A stretch of 61,194 nucleotides of DNA, counting the filler. It is 5 parts of 5 records of this genome, joined end to end, with 100 filler letters (N's around TTAATTAATTAA, not from the genome) between each part and the next. Parts side by side here need not be neighbours in the genome. Positions count along the whole stretch, not along the records: positions 9,739 to 27,482 come from SRR2962707_2504; positions 27,583 to 37,264 come from SRR2962707_2509; 3 more parts are not named here. The stretch is one strand, 5' to 3'. A model generated the notes under the pieces. The model ran no database searches and was not told the origin of the DNA. It worked only from the letters and a program-made list of their open reading frames with translations. Positions 19,782-27,743 of the stretch are shown here, in pieces; position 1 is the stretch's first letter; each line of letters begins with the position of its first letter. Position numbers and translations under genes: made by a program.

Positions 19782-20756
19782 ATGGTATCTCGCGTCCTGC
19801 TTGCGGCCGCTCTCGTCTCGCTCTGTCTTGCCGCGCCGGTCCGCGCGGCGAGCTTCGATTGTGCAAAGGCATCTTCCCCGCGCGAGAAGGCCGTCTGTTC
19901 GGACGAAAGTCTCTCGAAGGCGGATGAGGATATCGCAGTTCATTACGCGTCTGCGCTGAAGCGTCTCTCCACCGAAGGCGCCGAGCGTCTGCGCGCAGGC
20001 CAGCGGTCATGGCTCGCTTTTCTCGACAAGGCCTGTCCCGCAGGGGGCACAGAATGTCTCGGGCCCTGGTACGAAGAACGTGTTTCCTTTCTTCGCGACG
20101 CCGTGAAGAAGGAAGGCGGCAACACCTACCTCGTTTCAGACGAGTGGCGTTTCCTTTCGCCCGCGAAAGAGGGCGAAGAGGAAATTGGCGGCGCCAACGA
20201 CATGCAGTACCGCCAGCAGTTGCACTTTGGCATTGATGCGCCGGAGAGCGACGGCGAACGCGCCTTCAACGCGATAATCGAAGGGCGTGGCGACGATCTC
20301 TGGACGGGTTTCGACGGCGAGACGCGCATGGATACGCGCATCGCGTTGAACGGCGCGAGCGATGATGTCGTGAGCGCCGATCTTTTTGTCTGGCAGTTTC
20401 CGCTCGGCGCCGCGCATGGCTTTGGCGCGGCAGCCCATGTGAACTTCCGGCTCGATGAGGCGCGGCTTCTCCGTGCGAGCGATCTGTTCGCGCGCGATGG
20501 TTGGGAGGAAGCGTTGGCGAATGCGGTTCTGGCTGAGCTGCGGGCGAACGAAGACTTGATCTTCTTCGACGGCCTCGACGAAACCGTGCGCGAGATGGCA
20601 ACCAATCCTGAAAACTGGGTGCTCTCGGACGCGGGCCTCGGCGTCAATTTCCCGGTCTACTCGATCGGCCCCTACGCCATGGGAGACCATACGATCACGG
20701 TCCCCTGGGACAAGCTGGAGCCTTGGCTCGCCGCGCCCGCCCCGTTTGCCCGATAG
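19782..20756 (+). CDS. Exported protein with LprI-like N-terminus and DUF3298/PdaC-like C-terminus
   Basis: Signal peptide, ASFDCAKA...EKAVC, LRAGQRSWL, then GAAHG and FPVYSIGPYAMG...VPW. Confidence 0.72.
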   Translation: MVSRVLLAAALVSLCLAAPVRAASFDCAKASSPREKAVCSDESLSKADEDIAVHYASALKRLSTEGAERLRAGQRSWLAFLDKACPAGGTECLGPWYEERVSFLRDAVKKEGGNTYLVSDEWRFLSPAKEGEEEIGGANDMQYRQQLHFGIDAPESDGERAFNAIIEGRGDDLWTGFDGETRMDTRIALNGASDDVVSADLFVWQFPLGAAHGFGAAAHVNFRLDEARLLRASDLFARDGWEEALANAVLAELRANEDLIFFDGLDETVREMATNPENWVLSDAGLGVNFPVYSIGPYAMGDHTITVPWDKLEPWLAAPAPFAR

Positions 20757-20808
20757 GGATGCGCCGGGCTTGAATGCTGCCGGTCTTCGTATAGGCGGCT
20801 CCCTTTTT

Positions 20809-20823
20809 GTTCCTATAATGTTC
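20809..20823 (+). promoter_or_regulatory. Alphaproteobacterial LexA (SOS) box
   Basis: GTTC-CTATAAT-GTTC is an exact GTTC-N7-GTTC direct repeat, 53 nt before the comM ATG. Confidence 0.8.
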
Positions 20824-20876
20824 TTGCACGCGTCGCGGTGCGTCGCTAGCCTCTCTCCATAACAGGGGGCTTATCC

Positions 20877-22427
20877 ATGGTTGCGCATGTCGAAACACTG
20901 GCGTTTCAGGGCGTCGAGGCGCGTCCCGTCGATGTGCAGGTCCATATCGCGGGCGGTGTCGTCGGTTTCGCCGTCGTCGGCCTCGGCGACAAGGCGGTCG
21001 CCGAAAGCCGCGAGCGGGTCCGCGCCGCCCTGCAGGCGATCGGCCTCGGTCTCCCCGCCAAGCGCATCACGGTCAATCTCGCTCCCGCCGACCTCCCCAA
21101 GGAAGGCAGCCATTACGACCTGCCGATAGCCCTCGGCCTCCTCGTCGCCATGGGCGTCCTGCCGCCTCAGGAGGTCGAGCGTTTCGTCGTCATCGGCGAA
21201 TTGTCGCTCGATGGCGCGATCAATCCGGTCGCGGGCGCGCTGCCTGCCGCCATCGCCGCCAATGCGCGCGGCAAGGGCCTCATCTGCCCTTATGAATGCG
21301 GGCCGGAAGCCGCTTGGGCCGGCATGGGCGCGGACAATCCGGGCGGCGTCCTTGCGCCGCGCTCCATCATCGCGCTGGTGAACCATTTCCGGGGTTCCCA
21401 GGTTCTTTCCGAGCCTGCGCCCATGAAAGCCGTCGAGGGCGGCCCGGTAGCGGACCTTCGCGACATCAAGGGGCAGGAAACCGCGAAACGCGCGCTCGAG
21501 GTCGCGGCCGCAGGCGGCCACAACATGCTGATGGTGGGCCCGCCCGGCTCCGGCAAGTCGATGCTCGCCGCCCGCCTGCCGGGCATCCTGCCGCCGCTCA
21601 GCCCCCGCGAAATGCTCGAAACCTCGATGGTCGCCTCGCTCGCGGGCGAACTCCTGAAAACCGGCGTCGGCCGCCGCCGTCCTTACCGCGCGCCGCACCA
21701 TTCGGCTTCCATGCCCGCCCTTGTCGGCGGCGGCCTCCGCGTGAAGCCGGGCGAGGTCTCGCTCGCCCATCGCGGCGTTCTGTTTCTGGATGAATTGCCG
21801 GAGTTTCCCCGTCAGGTGCTGGACAGCCTTCGCCAGCCGCTCGAAACCGGCGAGGCGGTCGTTGCCCGCGCCAATGCACACGTGACGTTCCCCGCCCGCT
21901 TCCAGCTTGTCGCCGCGATGAACCCCTGCCGCTGCGGCCATGCGGGCGATGCCGCGCGCGCCTGCCCGCGCGTGCCGCGCTGCGTCTCGGATTATCAGGC
22001 GAAACTCTCAGGGCCGATGCTCGACCGCATCGACATCCATATCGAGGTGCCGCCCGTCGCTCATGCCGACCTCGCGCTGCCGCCGCCAGCCGAGGGCTCG
22101 GCGGAAGTCGCCGCCCGCGTTGCCGCCGCGAGGCTCATCCAGCAGGCCCGCTTCGACGAGCTCGCCGGTCCGGGCTCGATGCTCCTCAATTCCCATGTCG
22201 ACGGCGAATTGCTCGACCGCGTCGCCACACCGGACGATCCGGGCCGCCGCCTCCTCGCCGAAGCTGCCGAGCGCATGGGCCTCACCGCGCGCGGCTATCA
22301 CCGTGTGCTGCGTGTCGCCCGCACGCTCGCCGACCTCGAAGGCACGACCGGCGTCGGCCGCATCCACATCGCCGAAGCCCTCGCCTACCGCGAAACAATT
22401 GCAGGCCGCCTCGGCGCCGCAGCGTGA
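20877..22427 (+). CDS. comM: YifB/ComM Mg-chelatase-like AAA+ ATPase (helicase)
   Basis: VGLGDKAVAESRERV, NLAPADLPKEGSHYDLP, GPPGSGKS, LFLDELPEF, AAMNPCRCG and SGPMLDRID. Confidence 0.95.
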   Translation: MVAHVETLAFQGVEARPVDVQVHIAGGVVGFAVVGLGDKAVAESRERVRAALQAIGLGLPAKRITVNLAPADLPKEGSHYDLPIALGLLVAMGVLPPQEVERFVVIGELSLDGAINPVAGALPAAIAANARGKGLICPYECGPEAAWAGMGADNPGGVLAPRSIIALVNHFRGSQVLSEPAPMKAVEGGPVADLRDIKGQETAKRALEVAAAGGHNMLMVGPPGSGKSMLAARLPGILPPLSPREMLETSMVASLAGELLKTGVGRRRPYRAPHHSASMPALVGGGLRVKPGEVSLAHRGVLFLDELPEFPRQVLDSLRQPLETGEAVVARANAHVTFPARFQLVAAMNPCRCGHAGDAARACPRVPRCVSDYQAKLSGPMLDRIDIHIEVPPVAHADLALPPPAEGSAEVAARVAAARLIQQARFDELAGPGSMLLNSHVDGELLDRVATPDDPGRRLLAEAAERMGLTARGYHRVLRVARTLADLEGTTGVGRIHIAEALAYRETIAGRLGAAA

Positions 22428-22556
22428 AAACTTCCCGCAGCCCCGGCGCGGATTTCCTCCGGCTCAGTTTTCGTTAACCATCCCTCCTAACCCTTTCTCA
22501 AGCACAAACCGGGCAGATTGTCGGGCGTTTCCAGTTCCCCGCGCCGAGAGCCCCGT

Positions 22557-24773
22557 ATGTCCCTGATCCCCGTCGAGCAGACGCCCTTCTTTCTTCTGGG
22601 CCTTGCCGCTGTGCTCCTGCTCGGGCTCGAAGCCTGGCGCCGCGCCGCCGCGCGCGCGAAGCGCCACCTCTCCCACATCGCCGATCTCGACGCCCGCCTC
22701 GAAACGCTCCGCGACGAGAAGTGGGCGCTCGCCGAGCGCGAGGAGCGCTACCGCGATCTCGTTCGCGCGCAGGGCGATCTCATCCTGCGCAAGGATCTGC
22801 AAGGCCGTCTGACTTACGTGAACGACGTTTTCTGCAACACCTTCGGCAGCACCCGCACCGATGTCATCGGGCATCCCTTCGTGCCCGAGCTTCCCGAAGG
22901 CCAGCGCCCGCGCATGCTGGCGAGCTTCGCCGGTCTCGCGACCCCGCCTTACCGTCTGCGCTACGACGAATGCGCGATCACGGTGCGCGGCCCCCGCTGG
23001 ATCGCCTGGGAAGAATTCGCGATCCGCGACGACGACGGCAAGCTGATCGAAATTCAGGCCGTCGGTCGCGACGTGACCGAGCGCAAGGAAACCGAAGAGC
23101 GCCTCGCCGAAGCGCTGCAGCAGGCGAAGGACGCAAACCGCGCCAAGTCGCTCTTCCTCGCCACCATGAGCCATGAAATCCGTACACCGATGAACGGCGT
23201 CATCGGCATGACGAAGCTCCTTCTCGATACCAAGCTCGATCCCGCGCAGCGTTCCTATGCCGGCGCCGTGCGCGCTTCCGGCGAGGCGCTCCTCAACATC
23301 ATCAACGACATTCTCGACTACTCGAAAATCGAAGCCGGAAAAATCACGCTCGACGAAGTCTCCTTCGATCCGCGCGCCGTGCTTGAAAGCGTCGCCGAGC
23401 TTCTCGCGCCGCGCGCCTTCGACAAGAACCTCGAAGTCGTCACCGAGATTTCGCCCTCCGTCCCGCGCACGATCATCGGCGACGAGGCGCGCATCCGCCA
23501 GATCCTGCTGAACCTCGCGGGCAACGCGATCAAGTTCACGGTCGAGGGTGGCGTCGCGCTGCGCCTCATCCGCACCGACGACGGTTCGGGCGGCCGCGCC
23601 GAACTCGTGCTCGAAGTCGAGGATACCGGCATCGGCATGGACGAACATGCCCGCGAACATATCTTCGACGAATTCGCGCAGGCCGATCAGTCCCATGCGC
23701 GCCGCTATGAAGGCACCGGCCTCGGCCTCGCGATCACGAAACGTCTCGCCATCGCCATGGGCGGCCGCGTCGAGGTCGAAAGCGAGGAGGGCAGGGGCTC
23801 CGTCTTCCGCGTCTGTATGCCGCTTCGCCGCGCGCTCGGCGAATCCGACGCGCCGTTCCCCGCGCCGCTCGCGGGCCTGCGCGCGATCATCCTGAACGAT
23901 CATCCGCTTGTCGGCCGCGCGCTCGCCCGCGCGGCGGAGGCGGCGGGGGCGGAAACGCATCTCGTCTCCGGCCGCGAGGCGCTCACTGCCGCGCTTCGTT
24001 CCTCGCCCGCCGACATTTTCATCTGCCCGCTCGACGGCGCGGAAGGCGAGGGCGCCGCGCTCGCCGCCCATGCCCGCGCCCTCAGCCCCGATATCGGCAC
24101 GCTGCTTCTGCTGCGCCCGCAAGACCGCGCCCGCCTCGATGAACTGACGAGCGGCGCCGCCGCGCCCTTCAACGGTTATCTCGTCCGCCCCGTCCGCGCC
24201 GCCTCGCTCGTCGCGCGCATGACGGCTTTGCGCGTGCGCGGCTGGATGCCGGATGCAGGCGCCCCCGCAACGCATGACTATGACGACGCGATCATCGAGG
24301 AAGAAGCGCCGCCTCCGCCGCCCATCGTGTCGATCTCGCCGCTCTGCGTGCTCGTCGCCGAAGACAACGAGATCAACGCGCTCCTGACGCGCACACTGCT
24401 CGAACATACCGGCCACGAAGTCCGCCTCGCGCGCAACGGTCTGGAAGCCGTCGCCGCTCTCGAAGCGGACACCGATGAAGAAATCGACCTCGTACTGATG
24501 GACCTGCACATGCCCGGCATGGACGGCTTCGAGGCGACCGCCCGCATCCGCGGCCTCGCAACGTCCCACGCACACATCCCCGTCATCGCGCTCACCGCCA
24601 ACGCCATGGCCGACGATCGCCAGGCCTGCCTCGATGCGGGCATGGACGACTATCTGTCGAAGCCTGTCGCCGCCGAGGCGCTGTCGGAAACGCTCGCCCG
24701 CTGGGCCGGCCGCCGCTCTCCCCTCGTCACCGCTCCCTCCGCCGCATCTGGCGAAAAGGCGAATCACGCTTAA
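22557..24773 (+). CDS. Hybrid histidine kinase: TM-PAS-HisKA-HATPase-pseudoREC-REC (ShkA-like C-terminal half)
   Basis: N-terminal hydrophobic helix; PAS ending GRDVTE; FLATMSHEIRTPMNG; N/G boxes; degenerate first receiver (DIFICP, no phospho-Asp); intact second receiver (AEDN...LMD...SKP). Confidence 0.9.
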   Translation: MSLIPVEQTPFFLLGLAAVLLLGLEAWRRAAARAKRHLSHIADLDARLETLRDEKWALAEREERYRDLVRAQGDLILRKDLQGRLTYVNDVFCNTFGSTRTDVIGHPFVPELPEGQRPRMLASFAGLATPPYRLRYDECAITVRGPRWIAWEEFAIRDDDGKLIEIQAVGRDVTERKETEERLAEALQQAKDANRAKSLFLATMSHEIRTPMNGVIGMTKLLLDTKLDPAQRSYAGAVRASGEALLNIINDILDYSKIEAGKITLDEVSFDPRAVLESVAELLAPRAFDKNLEVVTEISPSVPRTIIGDEARIRQILLNLAGNAIKFTVEGGVALRLIRTDDGSGGRAELVLEVEDTGIGMDEHAREHIFDEFAQADQSHARRYEGTGLGLAITKRLAIAMGGRVEVESEEGRGSVFRVCMPLRRALGESDAPFPAPLAGLRAIILNDHPLVGRALARAAEAAGAETHLVSGREALTAALRSSPADIFICPLDGAEGEGAALAAHARALSPDIGTLLLLRPQDRARLDELTSGAAAPFNGYLVRPVRAASLVARMTALRVRGWMPDAGAPATHDYDDAIIEEEAPPPPPIVSISPLCVLVAEDNEINALLTRTLLEHTGHEVRLARNGLEAVAALEADTDEEIDLVLMDLHMPGMDGFEATARIRGLATSHAHIPVIALTANAMADDRQACLDAGMDDYLSKPVAAEALSETLARWAGRRSPLVTAPSAASGEKANHA

Positions 24774-24816
24774 AGTGTCTTCGTCCCGATTGCCGGGTTC
24801 AGGGGAGAAGCATCGA

Positions 24817-26247
24817 ATGACGATCATGACGCGCGCCCGCGGCTGGGCGTCGAGCCTCGCGGTCTATCTCGAATACCGCACCGTCATCATGCTGCTGCTC
24901 GGCTTCGCGTCGGGCCTTCCTTTCCTTCTCGTCTTTTCCACGCTCTCGGCATGGCTCCGCGAGGCGGGCATCTCCCGCACCGATATCGGCCTCATGTCCT
25001 ATGTCGGCCTCGCCTACACGATCAAGTTCCTCTGGGCCCCCATCATCGACCACATCCGCTTGCCGTTCCTCGACCGGCTGCTCGGCAAGCGCCGCGCCTG
25101 GATGGTGCTGGCCCAGCTTGTCGCCGCCGCCGCGCTTCTCGGCCTCGCTCTTTCCGAGCCTTCGGTCTCGCTGACGCCCGTCGTCCTCTTCGCCCTGGTC
25201 CTCGCCTTCGCGTCCGCGACGCAGGACATCTCGATAGACGCCTGGCGCATCGAGGCGGCGTCGGATGAAAAACAAGGCGCCATGGCTGCCGTCTACCAGC
25301 TCGGCTACCGCATCGCCTTGATCGCCTCGGGCGCGGGCGCGCTCTACATCGCCGAAGGCGTGTCGTGGAGCATGGCCTATTTCACCATGGCGCTCTTGAT
25401 GGGTGTCGGCATCGCCGCCGCGCTTCTCGCGCCGCGCGTAACGGAAAGCGAGGCCCCCGCCATCGGTGAGGAAACGGTCCAGCATTTCGTCCACCGCTTC
25501 CACGTTCAGGGCCGCGCCGCGCGCATCGTCGCCTGGCTCTACCGCGCCGTCGTCGCGCCCTTTCTCGATTTCTTCCGCCGCTATGGCTGGTGGTCGCTCC
25601 TGCTGCTCGCGCTGATCGGCCTCTACCGCGTGCCCGATTTCGTCATGGGCGTCATGGCGAACCCGCTCTACATCGATCTCGGCTTCGAGCTCTCGACCAT
25701 CGCCACCATCGTGAAGCTCTACGGCATCTGGATGACGATTGCGGGCGCTCTCATCGGCGGCATCGTGACGGCGCGTCTCGGCGTGCTGCCTTCGCTGCTC
25801 CTCGGCGCCATCGCCGCCACCGGCACCAATCTCATTTTCGTCTGGCTGGTCCTGCGCGGCGCGGACCCCGCCGCGCTCGCCGTCACCATCTCCATCGAAA
25901 ACTTCTCCGGCGGCTTCGCGGGCACCTGCCTCATCGCCTATATGTCGAGCCTCGTGAACCACAATTTCGCAGCCACGCAATATGCGCTGTTCAGCTCCGC
26001 CTTCGCGCTGCCGGGCAAGCTCATCGGCGGCCAGTCGGGCGTCATGGTCGATGCCTTCTCCGCCTCGCCCTCGTTCGTCCGCCCGATTATGGAGATGGCA
26101 CCCCACCTCACGGCGCAGACGGCGGGCTATGTCCCCTTCTTCATCACGACGGCGCTGATGGGTGTTCCGGCCCTCCTGCTCATTCTGGTCGTGATCTTCT
26201 TCCAGCCCAAGCCGGAGCCGATTCCCGCTCCCGCCCCGGCCGGCTGA
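24817..26247 (+). CDS. ampG: AmpG-family muropeptide MFS transporter
   Basis: LGFASGLP, KFLWAP..D, RRAW, SATQDISIDAWRIE and ATQYALFSS. Confidence 0.9.
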   Translation: MTIMTRARGWASSLAVYLEYRTVIMLLLGFASGLPFLLVFSTLSAWLREAGISRTDIGLMSYVGLAYTIKFLWAPIIDHIRLPFLDRLLGKRRAWMVLAQLVAAAALLGLALSEPSVSLTPVVLFALVLAFASATQDISIDAWRIEAASDEKQGAMAAVYQLGYRIALIASGAGALYIAEGVSWSMAYFTMALLMGVGIAAALLAPRVTESEAPAIGEETVQHFVHRFHVQGRAARIVAWLYRAVVAPFLDFFRRYGWWSLLLLALIGLYRVPDFVMGVMANPLYIDLGFELSTIATIVKLYGIWMTIAGALIGGIVTARLGVLPSLLLGAIAATGTNLIFVWLVLRGADPAALAVTISIENFSGGFAGTCLIAYMSSLVNHNFAATQYALFSSAFALPGKLIGGQSGVMVDAFSASPSFVRPIMEMAPHLTAQTAGYVPFFITTALMGVPALLLILVVIFFQPKPEPIPAPAPAG

Positions 26248-26526
26248 GCCGAGCGCGAAAATACCCGTTTGAAATCAATGTCTTGCGGGCGACATTTTTC
26301 TGTCGCTATCCGCTGCGACAAGCAACGTGAACCCATGCGCTCCCGCCGGTTCCTGTGTCTTGGCATTGCGGAGCGATAGTGAAAGGATGTAGGCAAAATG
26401 GCCGTTCGGAGCCTTCTCGGAAAAGAGGCAGGGGCGGTTCGGGGGAAGGGTGCGGCGCTGCTTGAGCTGCCGCCCCGGTTCCGGCGCGCCGAAGTTGGTG
26501 CAGAAATGGGTTCGGGTTCCGGCGTA

Positions 26527-27408
26527 ATGACATCTCAAAAGACGGATCGGGACGGCAACGCGCTTGCTGCCGAAGGGGCGCGGCCCATCAGCTATGGCCG
26601 CAAGGGCGCGCTCGAAGTGCGCCTTGCCTGCTCGCCGCGCGAGATCGACGCCGCGCAGGCGGTGCGCTACCGCGTCTTCTACGAGGAAATGTCGGCGACG
26701 CCGGATGCGGAGACCCGCGCCCGCAAGCGCGACTTCGACCGCTTCGACGAGATTTGCGATCACCTGCTGGTCGTCGACCACTCCCTCGCGCCGGACGGCG
26801 ATCAGGTCGAAGTGCCGCCCGAAGCCGTGGTCGGTTGCTACCGCCTTCTCCGTCAGGAAGTCGCCGAACAGCATGGCGGTTTCTACACCGCGAGCGAATA
26901 TGACATCGCGCCCGTTCTTGCGCGTCACGCCGATCTGAAGTTTCTGGAGCTTGGCCGCTCCTGCGTGCTGAAGCCCTACCGCACCAAGCCGACCGTCGAA
27001 CTGCTCTGGCACGGCATCATGCATTACGTGACCGAGCACAATCTCGACGTCATGTTCGGCTGCGCGAGTTTCGAGGGCACGGAACCGGACCTGCTGGCCG
27101 CGCCGCTCTCTTACCTCCACCATCATCACGCCGCGCCCGAAGACTGGAAGGTCCGCGCGCTACCCGGTCTCTATGTCGAGATGAACCGCGTGGCAGAAGA
27201 CGCTCTCGACCCGCGCGAGGCGCTGCGCGCGCTCCCGCCCATGATCAAGGGCTATCTCCGTGCGGGCTGCTATATCGGCGAAGGCGCGGTCATCGACCGC
27301 CAGTTCGGCACGACAGACGTGCTGATCCTCTTCCCCGTCGCCCAGATTTCCGACCGCTATCTGACGAAGTTCGGCGCCAAGTTCGGTACGCCCGGCGGCA
27401 AGGGCTGA
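26527..27408 (+). CDS. olsB: GNAT ornithine-acyl[ACP] N-acyltransferase (ornithine lipid synthesis)
   Basis: AQAVRYRVFYEEM, DRFDEICDHLLV, ELGRSCV...LLW.GI and LPPMIKGYLR; start uncertain (26398-26527). Confidence 0.8.
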   Translation: MTSQKTDRDGNALAAEGARPISYGRKGALEVRLACSPREIDAAQAVRYRVFYEEMSATPDAETRARKRDFDRFDEICDHLLVVDHSLAPDGDQVEVPPEAVVGCYRLLRQEVAEQHGGFYTASEYDIAPVLARHADLKFLELGRSCVLKPYRTKPTVELLWHGIMHYVTEHNLDVMFGCASFEGTEPDLLAAPLSYLHHHHAAPEDWKVRALPGLYVEMNRVAEDALDPREALRALPPMIKGYLRAGCYIGEGAVIDRQFGTTDVLILFPVAQISDRYLTKFGAKFGTPGGKG

Positions 27409-27455
27409 TCGCTCGTTGTCATTGCGAGCGCGTTCCCACCTCTCCCCAATAATTC

Positions 27456-27482
27456 GTCATGACCCGCTTTATGCGGGTCATC
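27456..27482. repeat. REP-like palindromic element cut by the contig end
   Basis: ATGACCCGC-TTTAT-GCGGGTCAT is a perfect 9-bp stem beginning within GTCAT; a second GTCATTGCGAGCG stub lies at about 27418. Confidence 0.55.
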
Positions 27483-27582
27483 NNNNNNNNNNNNNNNNNN
27501 NNNNNNNNNNNNNNNNNNNNNNNNNNTTAATTAATTAANNNNNNNNNNNNNNNNNNNNNNNNNNNNNNNNNNNNNNNNNNNN
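27483..27582. other. Artificial contig spacer
   Basis: 44 N + TTAATTAATTAA + 44 N. Confidence 0.99.
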
Positions 27583-27583
27583 C

Positions 27584-27727
27584 CCGCACATGAAGCGCAT
27601 CAACCTCGAGAATATCCTGTGGAGCCTGCATACGGGCACCGAGGAAGTGACGATTGCCGAAGAGCTGATGGCGCCGGCGCGGGCGGCTGTCGAGCGGATG
27701 ATCGAATATTCGCGGCCCAAGAACTAG
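27584..27727 (+). CDS. nadA: Quinolinate synthase NadA, C-terminal fragment
   Basis: Not in the ORF track. Manual translation gives PHMKRINLENILWSLHTGTEEVTIAEELMAPARAAVERMIEYSRPKN*; directly upstream of nadB. Confidence 0.88.
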   Translation, partial: PHMKRINLENILWSLHTGTEEVTIAEELMAPARAAVERMIEYSRPKN

Positions 27728-27743
27728 CTCGGGGGAGCGGAGC

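Noticed and set aside
22464..24827. 787-aa antisense ORF, and similar ones at 8208-9446, 24799-26106, 43131-44567 and 56555-58333
   Set aside because: They mirror well-supported genes on the other strand, which is expected in high-GC DNA, and show no domain motifs.
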